Origin: a virus
Strand: one strand, 5' to 3'
IMG/VR virus record: IMGVR_UViG_3300013939_000001
Location: 1-64,000 of that record
Length of the DNA: 64,000 nucleotides
Below are positions 8,855 to 17,626 of this stretch, one piece after another. The notes beneath the pieces were generated by a model, which had not been told where the DNA came from, made no database searches, and was given only the letters and a program-made list of their open reading frames with translations. Made by a program: the position numbers and the translations under genes. Position 1 is the stretch's first letter. Every line of letters begins with the position of its first letter.

Positions 8855-9157
8855 TCAGCCCTTGCGGGGACGGATCGCTTTTACAGCAGCGGCCGAAGAT
8901 TCCTTGGCCATCTCCAGATCGTACTGCGTCTGAAGGTTCATCCAGAATTGGGCGGTGGTGTTGAAATAACGACCCAGGCGCAGGGCTGTATCGGCAGTGA
9001 CCGAACGCTTCTTACCCAGGATCTCCGAGATCCTTGCCGGAGTGACGAACAGGGCAAATGCCAATGCTCGGCCCGTCATGTTGAAAGGTGTCAGAAATTC
9101 TTCCTGGAGGATTTCGCCGGGATGTACCGGCTTGAGCTTATACTTCGGCATGTTCAC
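8855..9157 (-). CDS. higA: HigA/VapI-type antitoxin-like XRE HTH protein (100 aa), no cognate toxin gene
   Basis: Family hallmarks KPVHPGEILQEEFL...LAFALFVTPARISEILGKKRSVTADTALRLGRYFNTTAQFWMNLQTQYDL; SD AGAGG 5 nt before ATG. Confidence 0.75.
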   Translation of the reverse strand: MNMPKYKLKPVHPGEILQEEFLTPFNMTGRALAFALFVTPARISEILGKKRSVTADTALRLGRYFNTTAQFWMNLQTQYDLEMAKESSAAAVKAIRPRKG

Positions 9158-9166
9158 CTCTAAGAA

Positions 9167-9191
9167 GCGCCCTCCTCAAAAAGGAGGGCGC
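9167..9191 (-). terminator. hairpin between paralogue gene and higA-like gene (weak T tract)
   Basis: Stem GCGCCCTCCT/AGGAGGGCGC, loop 5 nt; minus-strand tail TTCTTAGAGG. Confidence 0.4.
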
Positions 9192-9198
9192 GAAGGAA

Positions 9199-10194
9199 TC
9201 AGTCTACGAACTGCTTGTAGACCTTCGGGATTTCATCCCGGATCAGTTCGAACAGGTACATGTCCGACTGATACAGATCGATCGTCAGCCCATGGTTCCG
9301 GGCATGGAAGGCTCCGGACGCCAGCGCATTGGTGAAGATCGTGTCGATACCGAACCAGACCATCATCGTTGCGAACTGACTGACGATCAGATCGTCGTAG
9401 TCGCGATAGTCGGCCACACCGAGATGGCTGTAGCCACCCACGAGTCCGAAAATGCCGGCTTCGGCACACAGCACGCGATAGGCAGCGGCGGCGGCATTGA
9501 GCAGGCGCTTGCTGGGATGTGGATCAGGAGACTTCAGTCCCTGGTAACGATTCTTCTCACACAGCTGCATGATGTTGGACATCACGCGGAACGCCGGCGT
9601 TTCGGCTGGCGTAAGATCGTTACGATCGGTACCGCGTTTCAGGACGTACAGCATCAGTTGAGTGTAAGCCGTTCGTGCGCCTGCGGGAAGCATTGTGGTT
9701 GCGAAGGACTCGAAGCGACGGACTCGCGTCAAGCTCCACATACCTACCGCACCTTCTGAAGTGTATTTCCAGCTACGGCTGAAGTGAGCTTCCAGGTTCG
9801 GGGTCTCGATCGCCACTCGCTGATGATCGATCTTGATGGTGCGACCACGACTGCTCAGATGCAGTGTCGCCGTACTGGCCCGGTTCGGACTCGATGCGCT
9901 CATGAGCGTACCGACCCAAAGTTCATGGAAAGTGGGCGGAATGAAACTCACCGTCGCACCACCGCGCTTGGCCTTACGTTTCCGACGACCGCTACTGGTA
10001 CTGGCGTAGACAACCGCCAGCTCCACCGTCTGATCCATCGGGTCGATCGAAGGACTCTCGAGAACTTTCCGATAGGCTTCGACAGCCGGCAGGAAGACCT
10101 CCTGATAGATCCGATCAACCGAATCGTGATTGTCATCGGCCGGGTTGGCGGTACCTTCCGTGCGGAAGACCAGGTCGTTGATTTCGTTACTCAT
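9199..10194 (-). CDS. hypothetical protein, paralogue family member 2 (331 aa)
   Basis: ORF track; N-terminus RIYQEVFLPAVEAYRKVL...VELAVVYAS parallels RVYDEIFEMVRDIGKRYL...VEFGVVYSN of 7847..8782. Confidence 0.75.
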   Translation of the reverse strand: MSNEINDLVFRTEGTANPADDNHDSVDRIYQEVFLPAVEAYRKVLESPSIDPMDQTVELAVVYASTSSGRRKRKAKRGGATVSFIPPTFHELWVGTLMSASSPNRASTATLHLSSRGRTIKIDHQRVAIETPNLEAHFSRSWKYTSEGAVGMWSLTRVRRFESFATTMLPAGARTAYTQLMLYVLKRGTDRNDLTPAETPAFRVMSNIMQLCEKNRYQGLKSPDPHPSKRLLNAAAAAYRVLCAEAGIFGLVGGYSHLGVADYRDYDDLIVSQFATMMVWFGIDTIFTNALASGAFHARNHGLTIDLYQSDMYLFELIRDEIPKVYKQFVD

Positions 10195-10259
10195 TGCAGT
10201 GCCTCCTTGGGCATCATTTACAGCGATGGCGAGAGCCTCTTTGGGATCGCCGGGTGGAT

Positions 10260-10281
10260 CCTCCTCCCCGAAGGGAGGAGG
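10260..10281 (-). other. GC-rich hairpin without T tract
   Basis: Stem CCTCCTCCC/GGGAGGAGG, loop CGAA, 10 nt after stop of 10292..11374. Confidence 0.35.
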
Positions 10282-10291
10282 GGTGAAACTG

Positions 10292-11374
10292 TTACTGCTT
10301 GCAGCCCAACAGTTCGATCAGCCGCATCCTGTCAGCCTCGTAACCTTCAGCGGTGTACTCCTCATCATCCGCCAGCCGCTCGGAGAAGCACTGCAGGGCC
10401 AGAGCGTAGTTGCGTGCAAACTCCACGCCAAAGGTCGGCTTCAGGGATTCGACCACGGTCACGCCGAAACGTTCGAAGAACGGGACGGACAGGGTCTGCC
10501 GCCAAAGATTGTTGAGGACATGCGAGCTGCAGATCGTCGGCAACGTGGCGTGTGCGAACTGCGCCAAACGCGCCAGCGTCCGGTAGTAGCGTTCGGCACT
10601 GTCACCGACGTCGGCGATCGAATCGATCAGGCCGTCGTACATCCCCACGTCCTCCGCAACCATCGGCGACACCGTCTCCTTGTCAAATCGACCATTCGAA
10701 CGGAGACCATTCACGGTGAACAGACGGATGTCAGCGATATAACGATGGTTGCGGTTTTCCCAGGCATAGGGAGTTCTGCGCAGCAGCCTCATCAACTGCT
10801 GGACGGCCGCCACCTTGGTGACGGGCCGATACGCGGACATGTTAACCGCCACTCCATGTGCCGGATGCAGGGACTCAGTGAGGAACAGGCCGGTGGTCGG
10901 ATCGTATTTTCGGGTGACCCTCGACGTGGCCTTGGTCAACCGCCATACCGGATCCTTCGTCAGGCTTTCACGAACGCGCTCATATTCGAACTTACTGGGG
11001 TGTTCGAGCATCGTATCGACATCGCGGGTACCGTCGAACTCCATCACCGTCATCTTTGAAGGCGTCACCTCGGCAACACCGCCGTTGAAATTGACACGGA
11101 TACTGAGACCGTCGTAACGATCGTAGCGGTGCGTACGAGCCAGGGCGGCGTAGGGAAGCCCTTTGTGGTGATAGCAGAAACCGATCTGGATGAAGTGATG
11201 TTCCCTGCCCTGGGCAACCTCATTGGCGATCTGCGTCGCCAGGTCCTGGAACGCGCCGCTGGGCATGCCAGCTTCGTCGATCCATTCCGAGGGGGTCTCG
11301 AGGTAGGTGTAGAGCATGGTCTTACCGTCTTCACGGTAGGTGCCCTGGACAGATGCGGTGTTTTCGGTATTCAT
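10292..11374 (-). CDS. hypothetical protein, paralogue family member 3 (360 aa)
   Basis: ORF track; shared central block with the two genes downstream. Confidence 0.75.
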   Translation of the reverse strand: MNTENTASVQGTYREDGKTMLYTYLETPSEWIDEAGMPSGAFQDLATQIANEVAQGREHHFIQIGFCYHHKGLPYAALARTHRYDRYDGLSIRVNFNGGVAEVTPSKMTVMEFDGTRDVDTMLEHPSKFEYERVRESLTKDPVWRLTKATSRVTRKYDPTTGLFLTESLHPAHGVAVNMSAYRPVTKVAAVQQLMRLLRRTPYAWENRNHRYIADIRLFTVNGLRSNGRFDKETVSPMVAEDVGMYDGLIDSIADVGDSAERYYRTLARLAQFAHATLPTICSSHVLNNLWRQTLSVPFFERFGVTVVESLKPTFGVEFARNYALALQCFSERLADDEEYTAEGYEADRMRLIELLGCKQ

Positions 11375-11489
11375 TTGACGCTGTCTCTTGATTGAGAAGG
11401 AAAGTGAAACGGCGGGGAGATCCCTAAGTGGAGTCCACGCATATGGGTAGTATGTGTCTGTAATCGATTAGCTTAATCGCGGACAAAAA

Positions 11490-11510
11490 GAGGAGGGCAT
11501 CGCCCTCCTC
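11490..11510 (-). terminator. rho-independent terminator
   Basis: Stem GAGGAGGGC/GCCCTCCTC, loop 3 nt, then TTTTT on the minus strand; after stop of 11528..11869. Confidence 0.75.
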
Positions 11511-11527
11511 GTAATGTGCCGTTTGGT

Positions 11528-11869
11528 TCATCGGGTCGATGTCAGCCAGAGCCTGGTCATGCTATCGAGCTGTTCCGGGTCGGTAACATCAACGACCTGG
11601 TCGAGCTGGACATCGATATCGGGATGGGGAGCGTAGCTGACATCCACCCGACAGAATTCGATACCGTCAGCCAGACTGACGACGGTGATCTCGTCACGAC
11701 CATCAGCGCGATTGCGCAGGTTGGTCATGATCGTGCTGAACTGCCGCGGATAGGGCAGCTTCGGTTCGGGCAATTCGCCGGAGACGTCTTCGTCATCCAG
11801 GTACATCGGTTTTGCGGAGGAGGGCGGTTCTTTCTTGGACATGTGGGTAGGTTGTGGCGTTGGGCTCAT
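11528..11869 (-). CDS. hypothetical acidic protein (113 aa)
   Basis: ORF track. Confidence 0.6.
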   Translation of the reverse strand: MSPTPQPTHMSKKEPPSSAKPMYLDDEDVSGELPEPKLPYPRQFSTIMTNLRNRADGRDEITVVSLADGIEFCRVDVSYAPHPDIDVQLDQVVDVTDPEQLDSMTRLWLTSTR

Positions 11870-11912
11870 TGGGTAGGGGACCCCGATACGGAAGTAGAAA
11901 GCGACATAGAAA

Positions 11913-11936
11913 ACTCCCCACCCGAAGGTGGGGAGT
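11913..11936 (-). terminator. rho-independent terminator + TTTCTATGTC
   Basis: Stem ACTCCCCACC/GGTGGGGAGT, loop CGAA, minus-strand tail TTTTCTATGTC; 5 nt after stop of 11942..12190. Confidence 0.75.
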
Positions 11937-11941
11937 ATGGA

Positions 11942-12190
11942 TCAGTCGATTTCTTTTTGCCAGCCGGCAGCACGCAACTCACGACGTGACAATGCGGCAG
12001 CTGCGTTACCGTAATGGCGACGCGGATTACCACACCCACTGCATGAGCAGAGCGTACGCGTATTTACTCGCACGCGCGACCACTTAAGAATCCACTCCTT
12101 ATCCACATAGGGGGAGTATTCCTGACGGACGCACTTAGCGAAGATACGATTATGATGATGCCGGCGATCGGCGCGAGAGAATTTCGACAT
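11942..12190 (-). CDS. small Cys-rich basic protein (82 aa), CSCSGCGNPRR motif
   Basis: Frame of ORF 11942..12220; start placed at ATG 12190 (MSKFSRADRRHHHN...) with GAGGA upstream. Confidence 0.55.
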   Translation of the reverse strand: MSKFSRADRRHHHNRIFAKCVRQEYSPYVDKEWILKWSRVRVNTRTLCSCSGCGNPRRHYGNAAAALSRRELRAAGWQKEID

Positions 12191-12274
12191 GAGATGGTCC
12201 TCGATGTAAGCCCCCTGCACGTCGCGCGCAGGGGCTGCTTATGTGAGCACCCATCAGTTGGTAGTACATCCGAT

Positions 12275-13102
12275 TTACTCCTTTTCGGAGAGAGGCTTCG
12301 GCGGCCAGCTACGGCCGGCCTTGTGTGCCTTCCCACGTTCACGGTAGGCGATCAGCATGTCGCGTACGATACCGCTTCGGATCACGTCTTCTTCGGTGAA
12401 CGTAGCCACGCCCATCCCCGGAACGCCACGTGCCAGATCCAGCGCGTCCACCATGCCCGACTGGCCGGGGATATCGACCTGGTCGATGTCGCCGTTGAGG
12501 ACCAGCTTGGAGTTCTCGCCCAGGCGAGTCAAGATGGTCTTCATTTCCTTCGGGGTGGTGTTCTGCGCTTCGTCCAGAATCACGAAGCAATCGTCGAACG
12601 TGCGGCCACGTACATGCTGCAGCGCGAGGAAACGGATCGACGGATGCGCGCCATTGAACTTGGCTTGCATTGCCGCTTCGCCGTAGTGCTCGCGGAGAAC
12701 CTTCAGGAACGGTTCGGCCCACGGAGCCATCTTCTCATGCAGCTCGCCCGGCAGGGCGCCCAGAGACTTGCCCATTTCCACCAGAGGACGCAGGATCACA
12801 AGGCCTTTGTACTGGCCCTTGTCAATCTGCTCGCAGGCGTATTTGACCGAGACATGGGTCTTGCCCGTACCAGCCGGGCCAACGCCGAACGAGATCACGT
12901 GATCCTTGATGCACTTGAGGTAACCCTTCTGCGCATCATTACGGCAGACCAGAGGAGCATTGGTTTGGCGCGTCCAGGCTTCATCAGCCTTGTGACGTGC
13001 AGACCTCGGCTTGCCTCGGGGCTGGACAGACGGTTCCCCACCGTTCTGATCCAGCTGCTTGTCATTCCGCCGCTTCTGGTTCTTCGACTGCGTCTTTGCC
13101 AT
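12275..13102 (-). CDS. phoH: PhoH-like ATPase (275 aa)
   Basis: Walker A GVGPAGTGKTH; PhoH-specific block FVILDEAQNTTPKEMKTILTRLGENSKLVLNGDIDQVDIP. Confidence 0.9.
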   Translation of the reverse strand: MAKTQSKNQKRRNDKQLDQNGGEPSVQPRGKPRSARHKADEAWTRQTNAPLVCRNDAQKGYLKCIKDHVISFGVGPAGTGKTHVSVKYACEQIDKGQYKGLVILRPLVEMGKSLGALPGELHEKMAPWAEPFLKVLREHYGEAAMQAKFNGAHPSIRFLALQHVRGRTFDDCFVILDEAQNTTPKEMKTILTRLGENSKLVLNGDIDQVDIPGQSGMVDALDLARGVPGMGVATFTEEDVIRSGIVRDMLIAYRERGKAHKAGRSWPPKPLSEKE

Positions 13103-13195
13103 GGGAATAATCCCCTAGTGCGTGAGTGACCCTCGGTTGGTTCGAGGGAGTAGATCGGTACTGCATATGATCATGGCTCACGAACGAAAAAAAAA

Positions 13196-13217
13196 ACTCC
13201 CCACCTAAATGGGGAGT
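13196..13217 (-). terminator. rho-independent terminator (A10 / T4 flanks, potentially bidirectional)
   Basis: Stem ACTCCCCA/TGGGGAGT, then T10 on the minus strand; 5 nt after stop of 13223..13504. Confidence 0.8.
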
Positions 13218-13222
13218 TTTCT

Positions 13223-13504
13223 TCAGGCCTTACCAGGGACCTCGGCATTGACCGGCCACTGACCGAAACGAATCAATGCCATCAGGTCCAGTACGAAGAT
13301 CCCATAGAAGTGGGCAACCTTCTGGAGAGTTGAATCTCGACCGTCCGTCCAACGCTCCTCAATTGCTTCGAGGGACGTCGAGGCAATGCCCATTCCAGCG
13401 GCAGCCTGTCCTCTGGTCAAGCCACGTTGCTCGCGAAGACGGATCAACTCCTTGGATGCGAATTGATCCGTTTCCGTCAACTCCCTACGGGTGTATCCCC
13501 TCAT
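13223..13504 (-). CDS. XRE-family HTH protein (93 aa)
   Basis: LIRLREQRGLTRGQAAAGMGIASTSLEAIEERW fits the Cro/C1-type helix-turn-helix pattern. Confidence 0.65.
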   Translation of the reverse strand: MRGYTRRELTETDQFASKELIRLREQRGLTRGQAAAGMGIASTSLEAIEERWTDGRDSTLQKVAHFYGIFVLDLMALIRFGQWPVNAEVPGKA

Positions 13505-13953
13505 TCCTTCTCGACCTGATGCGCATGGCCGCCCATGAGCTGGTCACGTTCGGCCGATCCACCCATCGTCATCTTGACGCCGGCCACAGCCAAGGACCTC
13601 TGGACCAAGTCCAGTGTCCGTCCGCGGGGAGACGTCGACTTTTCCCGTGGAGCGAAACGCTTGGTCTTCAGGATCGACGCGACCTTGCCCTGGCCTGGGC
13701 GAAGGTGCAGCATTTTGTCACTGACGGCGATCAGCGCATCGATCTGCTTCTGCCGTTCGACCTGGTGGGTGTTGCGGATCGGAAGCAGGGGATGTTGGCG
13801 TTTTACCTTGCCCTTGAAGCGATGGACGAAGCGGCCGCGCAGGCGCGGGGCGTTGATGGCCGCGATCTGCTCAGGGGTCGGACCGTGCAGGCGCACTTCG
13901 CTTTCGCTCATCATGCGGATGGGGTTACTACGGCCGGGGATCTGATTGTACAT
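13501..13953 (-). CDS. hypothetical basic protein (150 aa), paralogue of 13968..14291
   Basis: Start placed at ATG 13953 after GGAGTGAACTTC; shares RLRGRFVHRFKGKVKRQHPLLPIRNTHQVERQKQIDALIAV with neighbour (RLRGAYVLRHKGKPLRRHPLKPVRHTHQMEQQLAIKALIAI). Confidence 0.65.
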   Translation of the reverse strand: MYNQIPGRSNPIRMMSESEVRLHGPTPEQIAAINAPRLRGRFVHRFKGKVKRQHPLLPIRNTHQVERQKQIDALIAVSDKMLHLRPGQGKVASILKTKRFAPREKSTSPRGRTLDLVQRSLAVAGVKMTMGGSAERDQLMGGHAHQVEKE

Positions 13954-13967
13954 GAAGTTCACTCCAG

Positions 13968-14291
13968 TTAGAGGGTAGGGGGGATTTCGGTCAAACGGGC
14001 GGAACGGAGACGCACCACGCGCTCGCCGATTGCAATCAGTGCTTTGATCGCAAGTTGCTGTTCCATCTGATGGGTATGTCGGACAGGCTTGAGCGGATGA
14101 CGGCGCAACGGTTTACCTTTGTGGCGAAGCACGTACGCGCCACGCAGACGAATGACACCCTCCTTACGGAGTTCTTCATTCGGCTTTCCATCGAAGGGCC
14201 AGCCGAAGCTGGCCTCAACGCCGTTGGTCTGGTTTGTGACGATCACCGGTGGCGGCTCCATCGGCATTTCCGCAATGATGGTTTTGCCCAT
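13968..14291 (-). CDS. hypothetical basic protein (107 aa), paralogue of 13501..13953
   Basis: Start placed at ATG 14291 after GGAGTGAGCTCT; see paralogue block. Confidence 0.65.
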   Translation of the reverse strand: MGKTIIAEMPMEPPPVIVTNQTNGVEASFGWPFDGKPNEELRKEGVIRLRGAYVLRHKGKPLRRHPLKPVRHTHQMEQQLAIKALIAIGERVVRLRSARLTEIPPTL

Positions 14292-14296
14292 AGAGC

Positions 14297-15967
14297 TCAC
14301 TCCAGGGTATTGAGGTCATCCAGCGCCTGCTGTGCATGTTCGCGGGCGGTGGCGTTATCGCAGAAACGGCCGAAGCTCAGAGCGTAGATCTGCTTCCAGA
14401 ACTCGGCATCGACGGTACGGGGAATGGTAGGAGGGGTAATGGGTCCTTGGGAAATGACGGGATGTGGCGGGGTGTGCGGTTCGAAGTCCAGTGCGCCCTG
14501 ACCATCGTCTTCGTCAGCAACAGTCTGCGCCGACGTTTCGGTCGTCTGGGTCGTTTCCGGATCAGCTTCAGCTGCGACTTCGGTTTTGGTTGTGGAGGCG
14601 CCGAGTTCCTGCATGCTCTGGTTCATGCGCATGTGGCCATGGGCGATCATCGTCTTGAGCAGATTCAGATCGGTGACCTGCACGATGTTGCGGTGCCGTT
14701 CCCTGACGTACGGGACGTGGGTGACGAAGTAGAAGATGTTCTCCCCGATGGCGTGTGCCTCGATGACATACCCGCACTTGGGCGAATAGGTCTCGACCGG
14801 GTAACGCATCTTCAGAACCGCATCGGTGATCGCCGAGTTGTGGGTACGCAGGATCGGACGCACGAACTTGTCACCCGGCAGCGCTTGGATCATCGGGCCG
14901 TACTTGAAGCGCCCACCGGCCTGTTCCAGAACAGTCGCCTCGCTCTCGAGAGACATGTAGATCTGATCCTGCGGGGTGACCGAAGCAAACCAATCCTTGC
15001 TCCAGATGATTTCCAGGTCCTCGGAGGGTTTGGGTTCGTGTTGGGGATCGGTTCCCGAGAGCGGGGAATCGGGCACTTCGATGTCATCGTCAACGGCCAC
15101 GACCACTCCTTCGAACTCTCCCTGATGGGAGGCCAGGCGGTGCTGAGTATCGTCTTCGTTGTCGAACGCGGACTTGACCTTTTCCCACGCTTCCATCGCT
15201 GCACGCACCTGCACAACGTCACGCAGGTACACGATTCCACGTTCCGTTCCAGTCACCCGAACCTTCGTCTGGGTGATGTAGTAGTCGGTGAAGTCACGAT
15301 GGATGTGCGCTTCGAGCATGTAGCCGATGCGCTCAGGCCAGAACTTGACCACGTTCGCCGCACGGTCTTCAGCCCAGACGAGATTCTCGTTGGAGCTGCG
15401 CATGTAACGCACCACACTGCCCGGATGGGCGGCCTTCAGGTAGCCGTAGTCCTCACGCATGCCATGGACGTAGGGGATGGTCTTGTGGACGACTCCTTCG
15501 TTGGGATAGCGAGCCTGGATCACCCGCTCGGCCAGAACCGAAGACCGCCATGTTTCCGGCAGACCCAACGGATCAGTCGGTTCTTCAACCTTCACCACCG
15601 GCTGGTTGTAGCGACGTTCGATCTTCTCCAGGAACTCCGGCGTCTCATCCGACTCACCACGCTTGAGGATACCGTACTTCTTCTCCAGGATCCCTTCCAG
15701 CCCCTTCGGACCGATGTTGTTGCCCAGGCTGTACAGATTCTGGCGCGGCAGCGTATGGAGCGTGGACGTGGACAGATTGCGCGTGATCGCAAACACGGCA
15801 ATCTTGTCGGCGCAGAAATGACGGACCTTTTCCATCTCCGCCAGATTGCCCTCGTAGAACTCCACCTCCATTTCCGCTTCAGGACTCATCCCGTACGTGT
15901 GTTTCGGGAACGCCGCGATCTCATCCAGCTTCAGACCAACGACACCAACGGTTTTTGCACTCGACAT
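14297..15967 (-). CDS. hypothetical protein (556 aa) with apparent internal duplication and acidic low-complexity C-terminal region
   Basis: ORF track; two segments share GYMLEAHIHRDF..IVYLRDV / GYVIEAHAIGEN..IVQVTDL. Confidence 0.8.
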   Translation of the reverse strand: MSSAKTVGVVGLKLDEIAAFPKHTYGMSPEAEMEVEFYEGNLAEMEKVRHFCADKIAVFAITRNLSTSTLHTLPRQNLYSLGNNIGPKGLEGILEKKYGILKRGESDETPEFLEKIERRYNQPVVKVEEPTDPLGLPETWRSSVLAERVIQARYPNEGVVHKTIPYVHGMREDYGYLKAAHPGSVVRYMRSSNENLVWAEDRAANVVKFWPERIGYMLEAHIHRDFTDYYITQTKVRVTGTERGIVYLRDVVQVRAAMEAWEKVKSAFDNEDDTQHRLASHQGEFEGVVVAVDDDIEVPDSPLSGTDPQHEPKPSEDLEIIWSKDWFASVTPQDQIYMSLESEATVLEQAGGRFKYGPMIQALPGDKFVRPILRTHNSAITDAVLKMRYPVETYSPKCGYVIEAHAIGENIFYFVTHVPYVRERHRNIVQVTDLNLLKTMIAHGHMRMNQSMQELGASTTKTEVAAEADPETTQTTETSAQTVADEDDGQGALDFEPHTPPHPVISQGPITPPTIPRTVDAEFWKQIYALSFGRFCDNATAREHAQQALDDLNTLE

Positions 15968-16035
15968 GATCGTCCAGTTTCCTTTTGATTGAAGTGGAAC
16001 AGCCTGACAGGATAGAGCCAGGCTGTATGGATTGC

Positions 16036-16836
16036 TTAGAAGTTGGGCAGACTGCCCAACGAAATGGTGCGATTGCGAATCAACGTGATGAAAGCGTCCA
16101 GTGCCGCTTCGGTGGCTTCACGCAGATGGGCGGCGCTGTCTTCATAGTTGCCGCTGACGGTGATGGTGTAGCCCCCCATTGGATGCATCGACACACCGGC
16201 CATCCCACGCGTTTCGCCGATCATGTACTCGAAGGACAGTCGACTGTCGAGATGATCGCCCAAACGCCAGCTGTTGGAGCGGGTCGACCACAGACGATCC
16301 AGGTATTCGTCGTACTGCTGCGGTACATCGATAGTCGTGTTGAAGGCATGGATGAGCGGATGGACGCGCAGTTCACGGATGTACTTGAGCAGCTCCGCCA
16401 GTGCGGTGGCCTCATCCCAGAGCTCGGCCGGGTTCTTCACGTCGTACGGCTGCAGCACCGTGATCGCTTCGTAATTCGGATGGCCGATCACGAAAACCGG
16501 TCCTTCAGACAGCGTATTCGGAACGGCTACCATGCAGGAGCCCCAACCTTCGAGCGTTTCGAGGTTACGGCAGCAGGACATGAAGAAGCCATGCTGGTTG
16601 ATGTCGTCCATCATCTGTCGGGTCCTCGACAGGCCGACGAACTGTCGGTTTTCCGGTCCTGGTCCCGAGGGGTAGATGTGTTCCGGCAGCCAGGAGTTGG
16701 TGCTGGAACAATAACGGATCTTGTTCATCAGCCCGCCCAGTCGACCCAGCTCCTCGTGGGTGACTTTTGGGACGATGTGTAGAGCGAGTGAGAAAACACC
16801 GGCGACATGGAAGGTGTGGTGTTTTTGGTCGGACAT
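16036..16836 (-). CDS. hypothetical protein (266 aa)
   Basis: Frame of ORF 16036..16860; start placed at ATG 16836 (MSDQKHH...) with TGAGG upstream. Confidence 0.7.
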   Translation of the reverse strand: MSDQKHHTFHVAGVFSLALHIVPKVTHEELGRLGGLMNKIRYCSSTNSWLPEHIYPSGPGPENRQFVGLSRTRQMMDDINQHGFFMSCCRNLETLEGWGSCMVAVPNTLSEGPVFVIGHPNYEAITVLQPYDVKNPAELWDEATALAELLKYIRELRVHPLIHAFNTTIDVPQQYDEYLDRLWSTRSNSWRLGDHLDSRLSFEYMIGETRGMAGVSMHPMGGYTITVSGNYEDSAAHLREATEAALDAFITLIRNRTISLGSLPNF

Positions 16837-16864
16837 TAGGATTACCTCAGTTGCGGACATAAAG

Positions 16865-16891
16865 CCCTACCCGAGTTAGACTCAGGTAGGG
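16865..16891 (-). terminator. hairpin + CTTTATGTCC
   Basis: Stem CCCTACC/GGTAGGG with extension; after stop of thioredoxin gene; minus-strand tail CTTTATGTCCGC (16853-16864). Confidence 0.55.
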
Positions 16892-16902
16892 AAGGGGACT
16901 AC

Positions 16903-17247
16903 TTATGCGGGGAGCACTTCGTCGAGGCGGTTGAGCCACACGGAGAGCTGGTTGGCAGCCATCGCGCCGGTGAAGGCGGTCTTCTGACCACCCTGACGGA
17001 CGGCGAACACGGTCGGGACGCTGGTAACGCCCAGCGCCTTGACTTCGGCCAGCAGATCATCGGCCTTGACCGAGTAGTACTTGGCTTTGGGCTGGCCAGC
17101 GGCCAGTTCTTCCATGCGCGGAGCCTGCTGCTTGCACGGGCCACACCAGGTCGCCCAGAACTTGATGACCACCGGACCATCGACAGCCTTGACGGCATCT
17201 TCGATCTCGGCGACGGTGTTCAGGGGGACGTACTTGCTCTCACTCAT
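16903..17247 (-). CDS. trx: thioredoxin (114 aa)
   Basis: Active site FWATWCGPCK plus typical downstream VPTVF block. Confidence 0.9.
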   Translation of the reverse strand: MSESKYVPLNTVAEIEDAVKAVDGPVVIKFWATWCGPCKQQAPRMEELAAGQPKAKYYSVKADDLLAEVKALGVTSVPTVFAVRQGGQKTAFTGAMAANQLSVWLNRLDEVLPA

Positions 17248-17317
17248 GGGGTTTTCCTTGTTCGGGTTTGGAGGATGATCTCATCGATCGCATAAGATCA
17301 CCTTCCGGTATTTCTTT

Positions 17318-17626
17318 TCAGACGGCTACTTTGGCCGCCTTGTGGAATCGCTTGGGCAGATCCTTGACATCGGGCGAGTTGATGTACATCACCGTCTCAC
17401 ACTTGCGGAAAGCCAGGAACTCAGCAATGGCTTTCCAGAACGCGGGCGTCTCTTTGCTCGTGTCGACTTCATGCCAGCTACGGCCACCGCCACGAACGTA
17501 CGCACGAAGTTCCGTACCCGATATCAGTTCCACTTTGAAGTGGGCGTTGGGCTCGACCTTACTATGCAGTGGCAGCTTTCCCAACTTGTGATTCATGACG
17601 ATGGTCTTGTCTCGGCTTCCGAACAT
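17318..17626 (-). CDS. hypothetical protein (102 aa)
   Basis: Frame of ORF 17318..17737; start placed at ATG 17626 (MFGSRDKTIVMNHK...), downstream of terminator 17652..17669. Confidence 0.5.
   Translation of the reverse strand: MFGSRDKTIVMNHKLGKLPLHSKVEPNAHFKVELISGTELRAYVRGGGRSWHEVDTSKETPAFWKAIAEFLAFRKCETVMYINSPDVKDLPKRFHKAAKVAV

Noticed and set aside
8783-9198. A HigB/RelE-like toxin partner flanking the HigA-like gene.
   Set aside because: The flanks are 72 nt and 41 nt long, and one contains a hairpin. No ORF of toxin size exists on either strand.
10260-10281. Hairpin after gene 10292-11374 read as a rho-independent terminator.
   Set aside because: No T tract follows it on the minus strand (the tail is ATCCACCC). 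It is listed only as a structure of unknown role.
14336-15988. Long plus-strand ORFs antisense to the minus-strand genes (for example 68-889, 1393-2346, 5126-6346, 7877-9163, 14336-15988, 19444-20655, 22899-24332, 40505-41647, 56096-57148).
   Set aside because: These are mirror-image shadow ORFs typical of GC-rich DNA. Their products are Arg/Gly/His/Val/Asp-rich low-complexity strings with no motifs. They have no SD-start context, and each fully overlaps a minus-strand ORF with recognisable motifs or operon coupling.
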